Positions 47,342-61,000 of a stretch of 64,000 nucleotides of DNA are shown here, in pieces. Both the position numbers and the translations under genes were made by a program. Each line of letters begins with the position of its first letter. Positions within the stretch are counted from its first letter, which is position 1. Under the pieces are notes generated by a model. That model searched no databases. It had not been told where the DNA came from and saw only the letters and a list, made by a program, of their open reading frames with translations. Location of the stretch: positions 10,850,001 to 10,914,000 of the forward strand of contig JBHGNT010000016.1 of assembly GCA_043228905.1 (NCBI GenBank), in the 5' to 3' direction. This DNA is from Azolla caroliniana (taxonomy: Eukaryota; Plantae; Polypodiophyta).

Positions 47342-47624
47342 TCAAGATTACAGAAAAACTGAAAATTGCATTACAAAGAAACAAGAATGACCAACAGTTA
47401 CAAAGAGAAAGAGAAGGCGCTTATGTACTCACCTTCTCTCTAGATTATCTCACTAGAGGCGCCTCTTGGGAAAGAAGTCGATTCTTAACTACTTAAAGAA
47501 TATGTGTCATAGGATATTAACTTCTATGACACACTAGTTACTATACAAGGAGGTGGGTTGGTCACACACTTGAGTATCCTAGAGTGTGTTCCCACACACG
47601 GGAAGTTGAGTTTGATTCTCAACA
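45253..47624 (-). mobile_element. Copia 5' half (LTR 47218-47624, PBS, gag, PR, INT), decayed
   Basis: PBS TGGTATTAGAGC at ~47206-47217. KTPKEAWGNLEKIF, WFVDSGASNHMT, FGSITYVDILNEKRQKL. LTR ends TCTCAACA on +. Confidence 0.85.
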
Positions 47625-49195
47625 CATGCAAATGGGTGTTGAAGAGAAAACGGAACCTTGATGGTACCATTGCATGTTACAAGCTCAACTTGTGGCTCGT
47701 GGTTTCTCTCAAGTCGAAGAACTTGACTATTCTATGACATTCTCACCAATTCTCCACATGGCATCATTTCAACTTCTAATGGCTTTAGCCACCATTCTTG
47801 ACCTCGAGGTACATCATTTGGATGTACAAATGGGATTTTGACATGGTGATTTACCAAAAGAAATCTTCATGTCATAACCTCCTAGGTTTGAGTCATGATC
47901 CCAACCAAACTATGTTTGTCAGCTATATTGATTTCTTTATGGACTCAAACAATCTCCTAGGTTATGGTTTCAAAAATTTAACAATTTCATGCTCCACATG
48001 GCTACTCTAGATTGTTATCGAAACCGAATATTACATTCAACATAATCATACATTTAATCTGTTGTTGGTGGTAGCACTATATGTGGATGACATTTCTATA
48101 GTTGGAGCACCATCTAAAATTACTCAAGCAAAGCTAAAACTTTCTAAAGCATTTTCAATAACAGATTTATTCGTAGGCATGCAAGTTACTTGTAATCATA
48201 GTCTAGGAACTTTGATCATTCATCAAAATAAAGTCATTAATGAAATTTTCAAATCCTTCGACATGCTAAACATTAAACCTTGTACAAGTCCCTTGTCACT
48301 GACATATAACTTAAGTGTATCAGATTGCCCAACTACAATTTTATGAAGCAATTTCCTTTTAAACAATTAATAGGAAAGCTTCGATATTTAGTTACAGGAA
48401 TTCCTATTAACCTTTGTTTTGCAATTAATTATCTTTTACGCTTTATGCATAACCTCAGCCTTATGCATTGGAAATCACTTCAGAGACTTATGAGAAATCT
48501 AAAACACACATCTTAACTATGGATTAACATATAAACGATCCCAATCCGAAAGACCAATTAAATCACTAGTTGGTTGGTCTAATTTGGATTTGGGGGGAAA
48601 TAAAAAAAACAAGAATCTATGACACTCATCTGTTGAAGCCAAATTTGTAGCAGTGACATTGGCGGCTATGGTTGCAAACAATACTAAAGAAACACCCACT
48701 ATGAAAACCACTTCAATTGAAAATCTTCTGCTACAATATATCATGTATCTACTTAACAAAGAATCCAAAGCACTCGGAGAAAACAAAGCACGTGGATTTA
48801 AAATACCACTTTATTCGAGAGTTGGTTAAAGCAAACAAGCTTACCTTAGAGTTTACATCAACAAATCATATCTTGGCTAATTTTCTAACAAAGGTGCTCC
48901 CTCTAGACAAATTTGAAGCTTGTTGTGAAAATTTAGGATTACAAAGATTCACAACTAATTAGTTTAAGGGAGGTGGTTGTAATCAACTAATTAGTTAAAG
49001 TAAATAAATAGGAAAAAGGAAATATAAAACAAAATGGTAATATATAATATGAAAAGGTGCACCTATAAACACCATAATCTCCCACAAATGGTTGGTAGCT
49101 TGTAGAGTGAGAACATTGAGATATTCAATACAATTTTTTCTCCTTCTCTCTCTCCCTCTCTTTCTCTCCGCCTCTTTCAATTCCATATTTCTACA
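47625..49195 (+). mobile_element. Old copia 3' half (RT-RH, PPT, putative short LTR 48978-49195)
   Basis: CKWVLKRK, LYVDDI, KTKHVDLKYHFIRE, ANFLTKVL. PPT AAGGGAGG at ~48966. Confidence 0.75.
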
Positions 49196-49895
49196 AGTTC
49201 CATCCAACTTGCAATATGGACATTTGCTTTACCACCATCTAATGCCTAAATAACATTTCGTTGGCTACTCCAAATGCACACTTGGACATGTTTCAAGGTA
49301 ACCCAACTTATGTGACATGATTCCAAGCATAAGTCTTAAGTGTCATAGGTGATTTGTTTGATTGCAGAACCTGACAAATTTGTCCGACTATTTTGATGCT
49401 TAACATCATCAAAATGGCCACATAGATGATACACAACCCATTCCATAAGAAAGGTTAGGTTATTGGCATTGTTGCATGGACCTGGAATCCTACTGCAAGA
49501 AGATTTGATTTTGTTAGAATCTAGGAACCAAACCTTGCATGTTCTCAAAAGACTAAGTAGAGACGTTTTATTGACGGTTGCTAAGGTCACACTAACAGAA
49601 ATATTGGGAAATTCTTGGTAATCCACACATCAAAAAATATTGGCATTGGGGACAATCTAATGCAACTTCAAGAGAATCATGTTTAGTTTTCTCAATATTT
49701 GCCTTTTCCTCAATTGCACAAAAGTTGGCTACTAGATTGTGGTCTACTCAAGAAAATCGAGTTTAGCTTTCTCAATATGTGCATTGTTCTCAATTGCACA
49801 AAAGGTGGATAGTATATTGTGGTCTAATGAGGCATGCATTCTCAGCATGTAGATCGTCATCACCTCAATTCTCAATTGAATGACCTCTCCATGTT

Positions 49896-50597
49896 TGTTG
49901 AGAAATCGATGCAGAATAGATCACAATAAACGAACTACGCACTGAAATACGAATCACACTTAATGCCGAAAGACAAGATACACAGATGTACACAAAGATT
50001 TATGTGGAAACCCTAAAATGGGGAAAACCACGAGTGAACAGATTTCTTCACTATACAAAGTGGATATACAACACCGAGAGGAATACAACACTCTATCGAG
50101 TGTATCATCCGCACACTCTCTTCGCGTCTGTTGTTACTCACACAGCTATGGCGCGACTCACACTTCTCTCTCTCACACTCTCTCTCGTTCTACAACTACA
50201 GTTCTTACATTGTTCCACACATAACATGTTTGCTCTAGTTGCATATATACTTACGCAACTTTCTGGTTATTTACATACATAGTCCTCATGGGGCGCACTC
50301 TTAGACTATTTACAATTATAGTCTCCCGAGTTGGCTATATGCACGATTCAGGTTTCGGCCTCGGCCGAGTCCCTCATCAACTCGGCTCCTCTCTCTCCCC
50401 ATCCGGAGAGATCTGTTTCCTAACATCATCATTATTATTATTACTATAATAATAATAGTCGAATCTTCAAGCAATCGACTCACTGTTTTCGACTCTTCGA
50501 CTATCGGCTTTCCGAAGAGTCGGATCTTCCCTGTCATCAACTGTCAGCTTTCCGATCAGTCAGTTCTTCCTCCCACTGGAGGGACATATTCCCAACA
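49896..50597 (-). repeat. Solo LTR (copia-like), 702 bp
   Basis: TGTTGAGAA...TTCCCAACA termini with a perfect 5-bp TSD ATGTT (49891-49895 and 50598-50602). Strand is inferred. Confidence 0.88.
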
Positions 50598-51531
50598 ATG
50601 TTGTCATACATGGACAAACCTTTGTTACCATTCTTTCTTATGAGAGGTCTTATTTAGCTTCACCTTTTTTGCATTTCTCCCAACTCGTCTAGCCTCTCAA
50701 GAAGGTCAAAATTGACTAAATCATATCTATATGTACAATGCTCATATATGTATATGTATATGGAGACATAGACATACAAATGTGTGTGTGTTGATGAAAT
50801 GTACATGAACACGTAGATCTAGATTCAGATGTAGGTGTAGGTGTATGTGTACCTATAATAAAATATAAATAACTATGGACAAGGAGGTGAGTGGATGGCA
50901 TGGAAGGTCATGATGGAATGGCAGATTTTCGAGTCCATCAATGGTGGCAACATGTGCAAGAGAACGTGTGGCATTTTCCCATCTTCCATTTCAAGCTATA
51001 ATTTTCATTTGGAGGATTCTGGTTGAGGGATCTCCCGTTGGAATATTGCTTCTAGATTGTATTTCTTTCAAAAGATGCCATTAGAACATACTACATATCA
51101 CTTTATCACTTGCAATTTATTGGGAAGTGAAAATCTGGATTGTATGTTTCTATAACAAGGATTTCAAATTTTGATTACAAATGTTCTTTCTAAAGCTTGA
51201 ATCTGTATAAGTCTTCCATAGTTTCAGAGAATTTCAATTCTTTACATATTGGGGCTTCTAGTATGTCTGGAAGATGGAGAATGCCTTTATTTTTAACACA
51301 CAAGCAAGAGTGTTTAGGCGTTGGGCATTTAAAAAGTAGCTTGCTTTAGCAGGTTTTAATGTTGGATAATCAACCTTTCACACTAGCTTATCAATTCCAA
51401 ATATTCTTTCTAGGAATGATGACAACGAGCTAACTCCAAAGCAAATGAATGAAAATGCAAGTAGAACTTGACAGCAAACACTAGTACGGAACTATTGACA
51501 AGCAAATTATTGCCATACAAATAGTTGGGCA

Positions 51532-52010
51532 CTATGGAAATGATGTTTGAAATTTCTCCAATTCCCATTAACAGACTTCATTGTCCAATTCTAGATTAAA
51601 CAGACTTATGTAATTCTAGGGCTGTATGCTGTTGATAATATTAAAGAGTACATGTAATAGAGAGAATCTTTATTTGAAGCCCTAACACAAATAATTGAAA
51701 TGCTTTACATCATGCAAATTACGATCATACATCTCAGTAATCAGCAGAACACTGCTTGATTCCATTGCTGTCTATGGAAATGATGTTTGAAATTTCTCCA
51801 ATTCCCATTAACAGACTTCATTGTCCAATTCTAGATTAAACAGACTATGTAATTCTAGGGCTGTATGCTGTTGATAATATTAAAGAGTACATGTAATAGA
51901 GAGAATCTTTATTTGAAGCCCTAACACAAATAATTGAAATGCTTTACATCATGCAAATTACGATCATACATCTCAGTAATCAGCAGAACACTGCTTGATT
52001 CCATTGCTGT
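51532..52010. repeat. Tandem duplication of ~240 bp in the IPMS 3' UTR/terminator region
   Basis: 51532-51771 and 51772-52010 are identical except for one T indel. Confidence 0.95.
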
Positions 52011-52064
52011 CTTCCATGCTATCAAAATTCGAACCCCTGACAGGGCCATTCCTGGGCAACTGTA

Positions 52065-55000
52065 CTATGCAACCGACATTTTAGATTCAGCCAAACGAAC
52101 TGCCTCGCTCATTTCTCTTGCGTCTTTGAAGCCAAGCATCTTATTTAAAGCACTAACATATGCCCTCACGCTCGAAACTACTACATCCATGGAAGCTCCT
52201 GTCCCACTGTACACAGAAAACTTCAATGTACTCTAATCTTAACCACAAACAGATAAAGCAAAAAACAATCCTCTGGATACAGGAACCTCATAGTATTCTA
52301 GCCAATGTCTTCCACATACAAGCGAGGTGGAGCCAAAAAGAAAATAAAGAAAACATTACCTGAATGTGCGTTCTACAGTTTCCCCTGTTTGTGCCTGGAG
52401 AGACATATGAGCATTTTCACTGCGGATCACCACCCTTGTTGTAGCAATCGCATCTATTCCTTCTGTCACAGCATTAAGTGAATACTCTAAAAGACTTACA
52501 GGCATCTGCAACAGAATGAAGTCTTTTTTAGCAGATTTAATTAAGAGGCATAAATAACCTCTTGAATTCACTTTTTTAAAATTTTTCGAAGTATTATATG
52601 CTCAGCCAGATGTAGAATATCACAGATAAATATAGGTAGCCACATATCATTTTGAAAACATTTTCTAAGATAACATTAGAATTGACAGTGTTACACACAA
52701 GTCTTTACCAATGCTAAGATACACTGATGATCAAAGTTTCTTTAAGAAATACCTTCACAATGCTGTCAACTGCCTTCAAGGCAGCATCAACAGGCCCTGT
52801 ACCAATTGAGCTCGAAATATACTCGGTCCCATCTTCATTTCTAAGTTTAATTGTTGCAGTTGGCAATCCCAATGTTCCACATACAACCTACATGTCCACA
52901 TTTCTTGAGAGGTTCAAGAAAAAGTCCAATCTGACAGAATAGTGATAATCACCTGAACATCTTGGAGTGTCCAAATTTCCTTCGGCTGGAATATTTTGTC
53001 AGATAACAGTGCCTCTAAATCTTCATCAGAGAGTTTCTATTAAAAAATATAAATGAGTCAAAAATACAGATATAAGTTCGATAGCAAAACACAGACCAGT
53101 AGGACAAACCACAGTACCTTCTTTTTATCTGCTACTGCCTTAAAGCGTAGGAACACATCATCCAATTCTTTTCCTTGAATATCGTAGCCAAGCTATACCA
53201 AAATGCAACTCTTTCTTTTCTTTTCATTTATTTGCAGCATTATATTATTTTCAGCAATACAAAAGTTATGAAGAAGCAAAGCACCAGGTCATGTGACCAA
53301 CCACTAATGGGAGTAGGGACAATTATATGCTTATATGCATTATGGGTATAAAAGTTTGCTTTCATATTTTCAAACTTAACTAGCTAAATATGCTTGGTCA
53401 AAGTTGTTCCAAATCACATGAAAATTAAGATTAAGTTCATAATTCTACCTTGCTATAAGGATTTACTTTCAATACCTAGGAAATGAGTTATGTTAACTAG
53501 AATATTTCATTTTAATGAGCAGCTACCCTCTAATTAGAACATGAGCATAAGCTACGTGGTCAACTTAGGAATTATTGTGCTTATTATTAAAAAGTAAGCA
53601 TGTCCTAATTGAGAGAAATAAAAGCTTAATTTGCTCAATATGTTTATATTTAGAAAACTAAGTATGCGCTTGCTCTAAATTTTTTATCATTAAGAGCTCA
53701 ACTTTGACCAAGAAATTATTGTATTTAAGTCTCTCCCTTGCAAGTTCCTTCCTCTCTCCCTTGCATAAGATTACAAGGTGAGAATACATGGCAAGCAAAC
53801 TTGCCCCTATCCTTGCACATATGTTCTATAAGGAGGCCATGGTAGAAGGCATATATCCGCTCTCCCCTACACTCTTCAGATGACATGGCTTGCTCAAGCT
53901 TCAGAAGCAAAGGGAATCAATCCTTACAAATAACATATAGGAAACGTAGGCAATCTTACATCACAGACTTCTTCCATATGCATGCCACTTCACCAAACAA
54001 CGTGCAACGGAATCACCATTGAGAAAGCAACAGAATGCAGATGAAAATGGAGACCACGAAGACTGAGATACTATGCATTTCACGCTTGCAAACCATCGCA
54101 AGAATCATTACCAATTGTAAAACCACCTCATGCACTAAGATAATTATAACAGAGCTTTAGAGGCAGTCCCACATCATTGACTTCTTCTATAGGCCCACAC
54201 GTCTACCAACAATGTGCCAAGGAATCATCATGAAGTGAGCAAAGAAATAACAGGGACATTTTGCATTTCAGGCTTGTAAAACCATCTCAAAATCATTACC
54301 ACTTGTAAAACTACTACGTGCATCATATTGGATCTTTACAAAACCCAGAGCTTTTCCTTGGTTCAGCATTGATAACCTGAAGTCACCCATTTGTAAGATT
54401 TCACCATGCAAATAGCATGACATGAACATTTTTGGGGACCAACACCCAGCGGATTGTTGATTATGCTCCATTATAATTATTATGTGGTGTTTTCCTCACT
54501 GAGTGTCTAATACTCTTGAACACTTACCTCACATCATTGTCAGTGTAAACAGAATGGATGAATGTAGGAAGAACCAAATAGATGACTAAGCACACTGATG
54601 TTTATCAATGTCTCATCATCTATAGGAGCAAAGGCATTGAATCAGCAACCACATCTTTAAATCCAAATATAATCCAAGTTTATTAGTGCAATCCAGATGT
54701 ATTAAATGTAAAATCCAGTGTGACCAGCCACCACATCTTTCAATCCAAATATAACCTCAATAACCTTCAAAGATGGTGAACGAAGATCTGATGATCCAAG
54801 TCATGCTATATGGTGTAGATGTATAACTTTTTGTATGCTCTATTGGTTCCATGAACTGACAATGACAACAAACTCTATCTATCTATCTCTAAATAGTAGC
54901 CTCCCGAACCTTTATTGACCTGTTAATGAGTATGATTGATGTTTATGTTTTGGTTATAGATGCTTTAGGGGCAAGCAGTGAACCACTACCAAGTCTATGG

Positions 55001-58000
55001 TCCATGTTGATAATATATAAGGCACATCCACAACATATTTCCATACTAAAAACATGCTATTTGAGGGTAGACTATTATAAGTTACAATTATAAGGCACTT
55101 GTCCCTCATTCCCAATTCAAATGTACGTTTACTATTGCCAAGTTTATCTGAAATTAAATGTCACACAAGGAGAGGCTTCAGTGCCATACAATTGTGGTTC
55201 TTGGATGATAAAAGTATGTGAAAGAACAAAGGGTTAGAAAGATCACAATAGCTTATTCTATGTTTTCTTGTACGAAGGACATAAATCATTTATTCATTCG
55301 GACTGAAGTATAGAGATGGGGAGTTGCCTGGAGATCCCTAAATCAATGAATTAATAGTTTATCTAAGTTTTAACATATTAAATGTCATACATTCAGATTA
55401 AAGAGATTGAGACCTCATCTGACTTCTCTCATGCAACATTAGATTGTCTGAAAAATGGGCAGTATGAAGATGCAAACCTGATGTAATCGAGACTTCAACG
55501 CATGTCTTCCACTGAGAAGAGGAAACACAAATCTTTTGTAAGTTAAGAATGAAAGAGACTTGAATATATTTGACCAAAAAAAATAGACACGGGGTGTACC
55601 TGTGCTTTCCCAAGACAATTCCTGAAGCATCCATCCTTGCAAGCCCAATATCTTCAGGTGAAAGGATTTCATAAGTGCCTTTGAACTTCAGCATCCCATC
55701 CTGCATAAAAACATATAACACGGAAATACTAAAAAGCATATCGTCTCTTCCCATTACTCAAGAGACCCTCTAGCAGACTCAATGGACCCCTAGTGACATG
55801 GCCCTATATCTCAGGTAAAAAGGTCCAAGAACTCTCCATTTGTACATTTATAAAGGCCCTTTAGACTATAGATCTGTTGAGAGCTCTTGACCAATGTGAA
55901 AATGGTGTCAAGTACCCTAAAATCATATTCTATTAAAACAATATATATTTTGTCCTCAAACATAGTAGTTAACACTCCAAAAACCAACATGTATCTCTTC
56001 CCTCTCCTATGTTTTCTCTGCATCTCAGCCATTTTCTCTTTCTTTTCATTCATACAATGAAGTGCCAAAGATTGCAGGACCAAGAGAAGGAACCGTTAAT
56101 CACAGAATGGGTGCTTTTGTGGTCTTTGTAATGATATTTACGGCTGAGGGTTACTCCAGATATCTTCCAGAAAATCATTGTCGAAATCGTTGAGTTTTTC
56201 ATCCCCACCTTCATGCAAGTCTTATTCACGTCTTTCTGGTGTTTGGCACAACACAAAACCCTTTGCACTACCTCAAGAAAATCATTTCTGAGATTTTTGA
56301 CCCTTCATCCCCACATTCATGCACTTCCTCCTCACGTTTTCACGGTTTCAGCACCAACCAGGACCATTTGTACCACCTCAAGCAATCATTAGGCCAAATG
56401 CCAGGAGATCTCCTCAGTCTTGACCCCACTAAATGCATTTCCATGGTTGTTCAAGCAGTATCTCAAGCAGACATTACACCACTGGAGGCACACGGTTAAA
56501 AAAGAAACCCGCCTGTTCAGCAAAGCATGTGAAATGTGTCAGCAATTGGGTCAACCCACATGCCTCTATCACCCAGTCCTTACACTCAACCCCATGACTT
56601 GTGCAACCGCTATCCACAATCCAATCATTAAGAGAGGATCTTTTGTGGTTAGTCATAGAGGAAGAATTAGCATTAACGCCTAAGAAAACTGTTTCTTTAG
56701 ATAATCGAATATGCTTGCACCTCCTTTTGGGTTCCAACATGTCAAGGCATCCGATCCAATCCATTGTGACAATCTATTATATATCGCAAATCCATGTGCA
56801 CTTCCCAAAGCTAGAAAGAGTTTGCCATATTCCGATATAGCACTCATATCTTGAGCTTGTCGTTTTAGACCACCTCTTCTACCATAGCTTCTCCATAAGC
56901 AGCCTTGTTGGTAAACATAATTGTTCGTTCATCCTTAGTTCGTGCATTGAAGTCTCCTAATAGTATTATGTCCCCCATAGTAACAAATCTTATGATAATC
57001 ATCATATAATGGTAGATATGGTGATTCACCGAGACGTGCAAACCTTGAGTAGGCAGGCAGAAAGTAGAAAATTGCAATATATAGTTCCCTAAGATCCCCT
57101 CTTTTGATTTGTATCCACATGTAACGTGCATCTACATCCTTAAGCATAACATGCACTCTATCATGGAGCTCCTTTTTGTATAACACCACCACTCCTCCCA
57201 AACCCCTAGTGCTTCCTGTTGTCCGAGGTTGGGGATAATATACTGACCCCCATTTGTATCCTTGTACATCAGCGAGTTCGCTAGCCATGCATTGCAAGGT
57301 CTCTATATACATAGCAATATCCGTGTTTTTGAAGGTATCATCAAATTACCCGACGTTTGTTCGTAGAGAGCCATTGCAATTCCATATAGTCATGCGTACG
57401 GTCTCATAGGCCATGCATCGCCATGCGGTTCTCTTCTCTGTAATAATGACCTTACCATCTCTATATACATACCATTTTCCTTTCTTGCGACGAGCACTAG
57501 TGGCATGTTTCCTTCGCGGTGTGCCACTTGAGCTAGAGTGAGATCGTCATCTAAGTATATTTCTCACCCTTGCGAGCCCTTCTTTTAGATAGGAAAGATT
57601 TTTTCTTTTCCATATCCATGAAGTGGATAATATGGGCTTCAACTCTAGACTCATCTTTCCCCTCCTCCAAGTTGAAGCAAATGGTAAATCTGATGCCCCA
57701 ATCTTTGTTCCAAGATTCTCGGTATCTTCTTGTGGTGTTCATTTTTCAGCCCAACCAACCACTCGTACATGCAATACACAAGCTTTCCTCTTGGCTTCTT
57801 CTTCTAATGTAGCATTCATCATTTGCATCCTATCCACTGAAGTTCCTTTTTTCTTTTTCACTAACTCTATCCAAGGAGCATTTGCTTTAATTTGTTTTTG
57901 GGCATTCTCAGCTTGAGCTTTGGCATCTTTGGCCATCTCCACCCATGTTTGCATTTCCTTAGTTACATTGGCTTTCACTATAGAGATGCATTTTTCCACT

Positions 58001-61000
58001 ACTTCTTGTCCTTTTTCTAAATCGTTTTTTATAGCTACTAACTCAACCTTACTTGAGGATATTTCATCCTTAAGGTATTGCATCATGTCATCCTTGAGCT
58101 CTAAGTTTGATTTCTTGACATGGCTTGTGATGTCTTTTCATATCTCTTCTAATAACTCAACCTTAAAAGAGGCATACAACTCAGTTTTCTGTTTCTTTGT
58201 CTCTTTTTTTATTTCCTCTTCTAATACTCTTTCTATATCCCCTCTTATTAGATTGACATCTTGTGTAATCAAATAGCAAAATAGATCATGTTTCTCCTCT
58301 TTGACATAAAATGGAATGTCGAATGGAGCCTGCATTTTGGGTGTCTTGTGCATAATATATTACTCCGTAAATATAAAGGTAAATAAGATAAAAAGAGACG
58401 AGGGAAACTGGTTTTCGGCACATGTGAGATTCTCAAGTTAGATGTATTGTAACTTTTGTCTTCAAAAGATCTCTAGCATAGGTTGATCTAGAATGGAAAG
58501 GTCTCCGAAGCACAGTAACAAACATAGTGTTCTTCGGATTCCACTCCTTAATGACACAATCCTTGATGCATATCCACGAGAAAGTCAGGCAAAAGCAATC
58601 TCCCGTAAGGAGAACCCCGGCCCTATAAATGTTACTCCTAGGTATGTGTAGGAGCGTGTGAATTCCACCATTTCCTCCCCAAGAAGAATTCCGGTTCTGA
58701 TCTTGTTATCCATGCTTGAGTGGTGTTAAACACCATCACTTTAGTTTTATCCATGTTGATTGACAAACCTTTGTCCGTACAAAATAGTTTTAAGGCATTT
58801 AGATGTCTTTGTAGTCCCTCTAGAGAGTCAGAAATCATCACAATATCATCAGCATATAGTAATATTTGTATAGTTATACCTACTAGGCGTGCTCCCAAAC
58901 CCCCGAATCTCTCTATGTAATGTGATACCTCATCTATATAGAGACTGAAGAGAGTGGGCAATAATGGGCATCCTTGCTTCACTCCGATTGTGCTAGCCAC
59001 CGCCTCTAACAAACCCTTCGAAGACCGCACTTTTCCTTTCACAGATTCATAGAGTGCATAGATTCCCCATTGCATATTTGTTGGAACACCAAGGGCTTCT
59101 AGCCGTTGCATAGGCCGAGCAAGTGGCACAGTGTCAAAGGCTTTTCGGAAATCCAAAAAGCAGCAATAAATCCTCTTATTATGGGCTCTGCCCTCCTCAA
59201 TAAGGGCCCGGAGGGTCAATATGTGATCCAAAGTTGTGAACCCCTTCTGAAATCCTGCTTGTCCAACTAAACGGCAATCATTCCGCTCTGCCCATATACT
59301 CAATTCTAATTCTAAAATCGAGCTATATAGTTTAGCCAAGTACTGGCCAATCATGATTGTCCTATAATCACTTGGCATCATGGGGTCTCCACTCTTGAGG
59401 ATTGGCACAATGGTATGCTGAGTCTATCTAGTAGGGAAACCTTTACACATGGCTCTATTAAAGATGTGTGCTAGCAATGGGAGCACAGTGTCATGGGCAT
59501 AGATAAAGTGCTCACCCACCAATCCATCATGATCCCGGGCCTTCTCAAATTGTAGTCGATCAATGGCATTTCTTACATTGTGGAGTAAAAAATAAAGGTT
59601 GATTCATATGGGCGTGAGCCATGTAGGTGGGGAAGAGGAGGTTGCCTCGGGATATCATATAGGACCTTTGCATATTCATGCCACACCTGAGGTGAGGTAA
59701 GTTGTGTGGTAGGTTGCCTCTCTCATTAAACATTTTCCATGCTCTTTTACTTTCTTGTCCTAGAAACAAGCGATACAAATGATCTTCAAATTTAGCCAAA
59801 TACAATCTCTTCTTCTTCCTTACGAGGTTGCTCTTGCTTGTTTGTGTGTATAAATGCCCCCAATTACATCACGCTGCAAGCATCTCCTTGTAGGAAAGGA
59901 AGAAAGAAAGACATATTAACGTCTTTTAAGAGGCTAAAATGGCCTATAAGACCAAAAAAGAGATTACATCTTAAGTGTTGTCTAGTCTTTGAGAACAACA
60001 AATCAAAATAAAATAAATATTAAGCTAAAAAGAGACTAAAGAATCTGGTTTTCAACACATGTGAGATTATCAATTTTATATATATTATAACTTTTGTCTT
60101 CGAAAGATCTCCAGCATAGGTCAATCAAGAATGGAGAGGTCTCTGAAGTGAGGGAAGCACCTACAATGGCGGGAGATAATGGCCTTTATCTATCGATAGT
60201 CGTGATCCATGGAGCCAAGGCCATTTGTTATGTCCTAGTCAGGGGCCCATTTGTGTATCCCTTGATTGACTTGTAGTATTAGTAGGATTGATGGGGCTAA
60301 AGAAAGTTGTGATTATTCTTTGTGGATTAGCTTGTGTGGTTGTACTATTGTCCTTCAACAACTTTTCCCCGTCTCTTGATGCAAGATGACCCAATACCTT
60401 AAGCCATACTCCATGTCATCAAAGCTCTACAAGATGCAAGATGGCCCCAACCCGCTTTTCCATGAGGTTGCCACATTATTGTTGGATATAGGGTTGCACC
60501 ATCAAAGGCTGTTGTATATGCCATGCACCAAAGTTGCTCCCATTATAGCAGCATCTCACGAACTGAAGAAGAACTAGGGCCTCTTAATTGTGGAAGGCAT
60601 AGCAATTGAGGTGTCCACCGCCCATAACAACAAAATCCAGCCCAGGTCCTTGCCACACTAGTTAAGAATGTATTTTTCCCACACTCAATGACAATAAATG
60701 TTTGCTTGCGAGGTAACCAACAAAGGTACCCTAAACCTCCTCCCCACCAGCCACAGTGATAAACCTAAGCAACTAACAAGAACCGCCGATAAAACAGCTA
60801 TTCCACATGGGTAGCACCCTTAACAAGAAATGTCGTTCAAATGGCTATTCCGCATGGGTAACACCCTAAACAAAGCCTGGCTGGGCTCTGTCAACCCCTC
60901 CAATACCCAGCAAACCCCCTTGGTCCCTAGCCAGAGACTGATAAGGCTACCGAGAAAACCTCCACCAACCGCATTCCCATTGTGGCAAAGGTCACAGCAG

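Noticed and set aside
49681-49826. Two diverged ~65-bp direct repeats (similar case at 54643-54756)
   Set aside because: Short decayed local duplications with no further structure.
52065-53192. MAM-like or feedback-insensitive IPMS derivative
   Set aside because: The C-terminal regulatory domain is complete and in frame.
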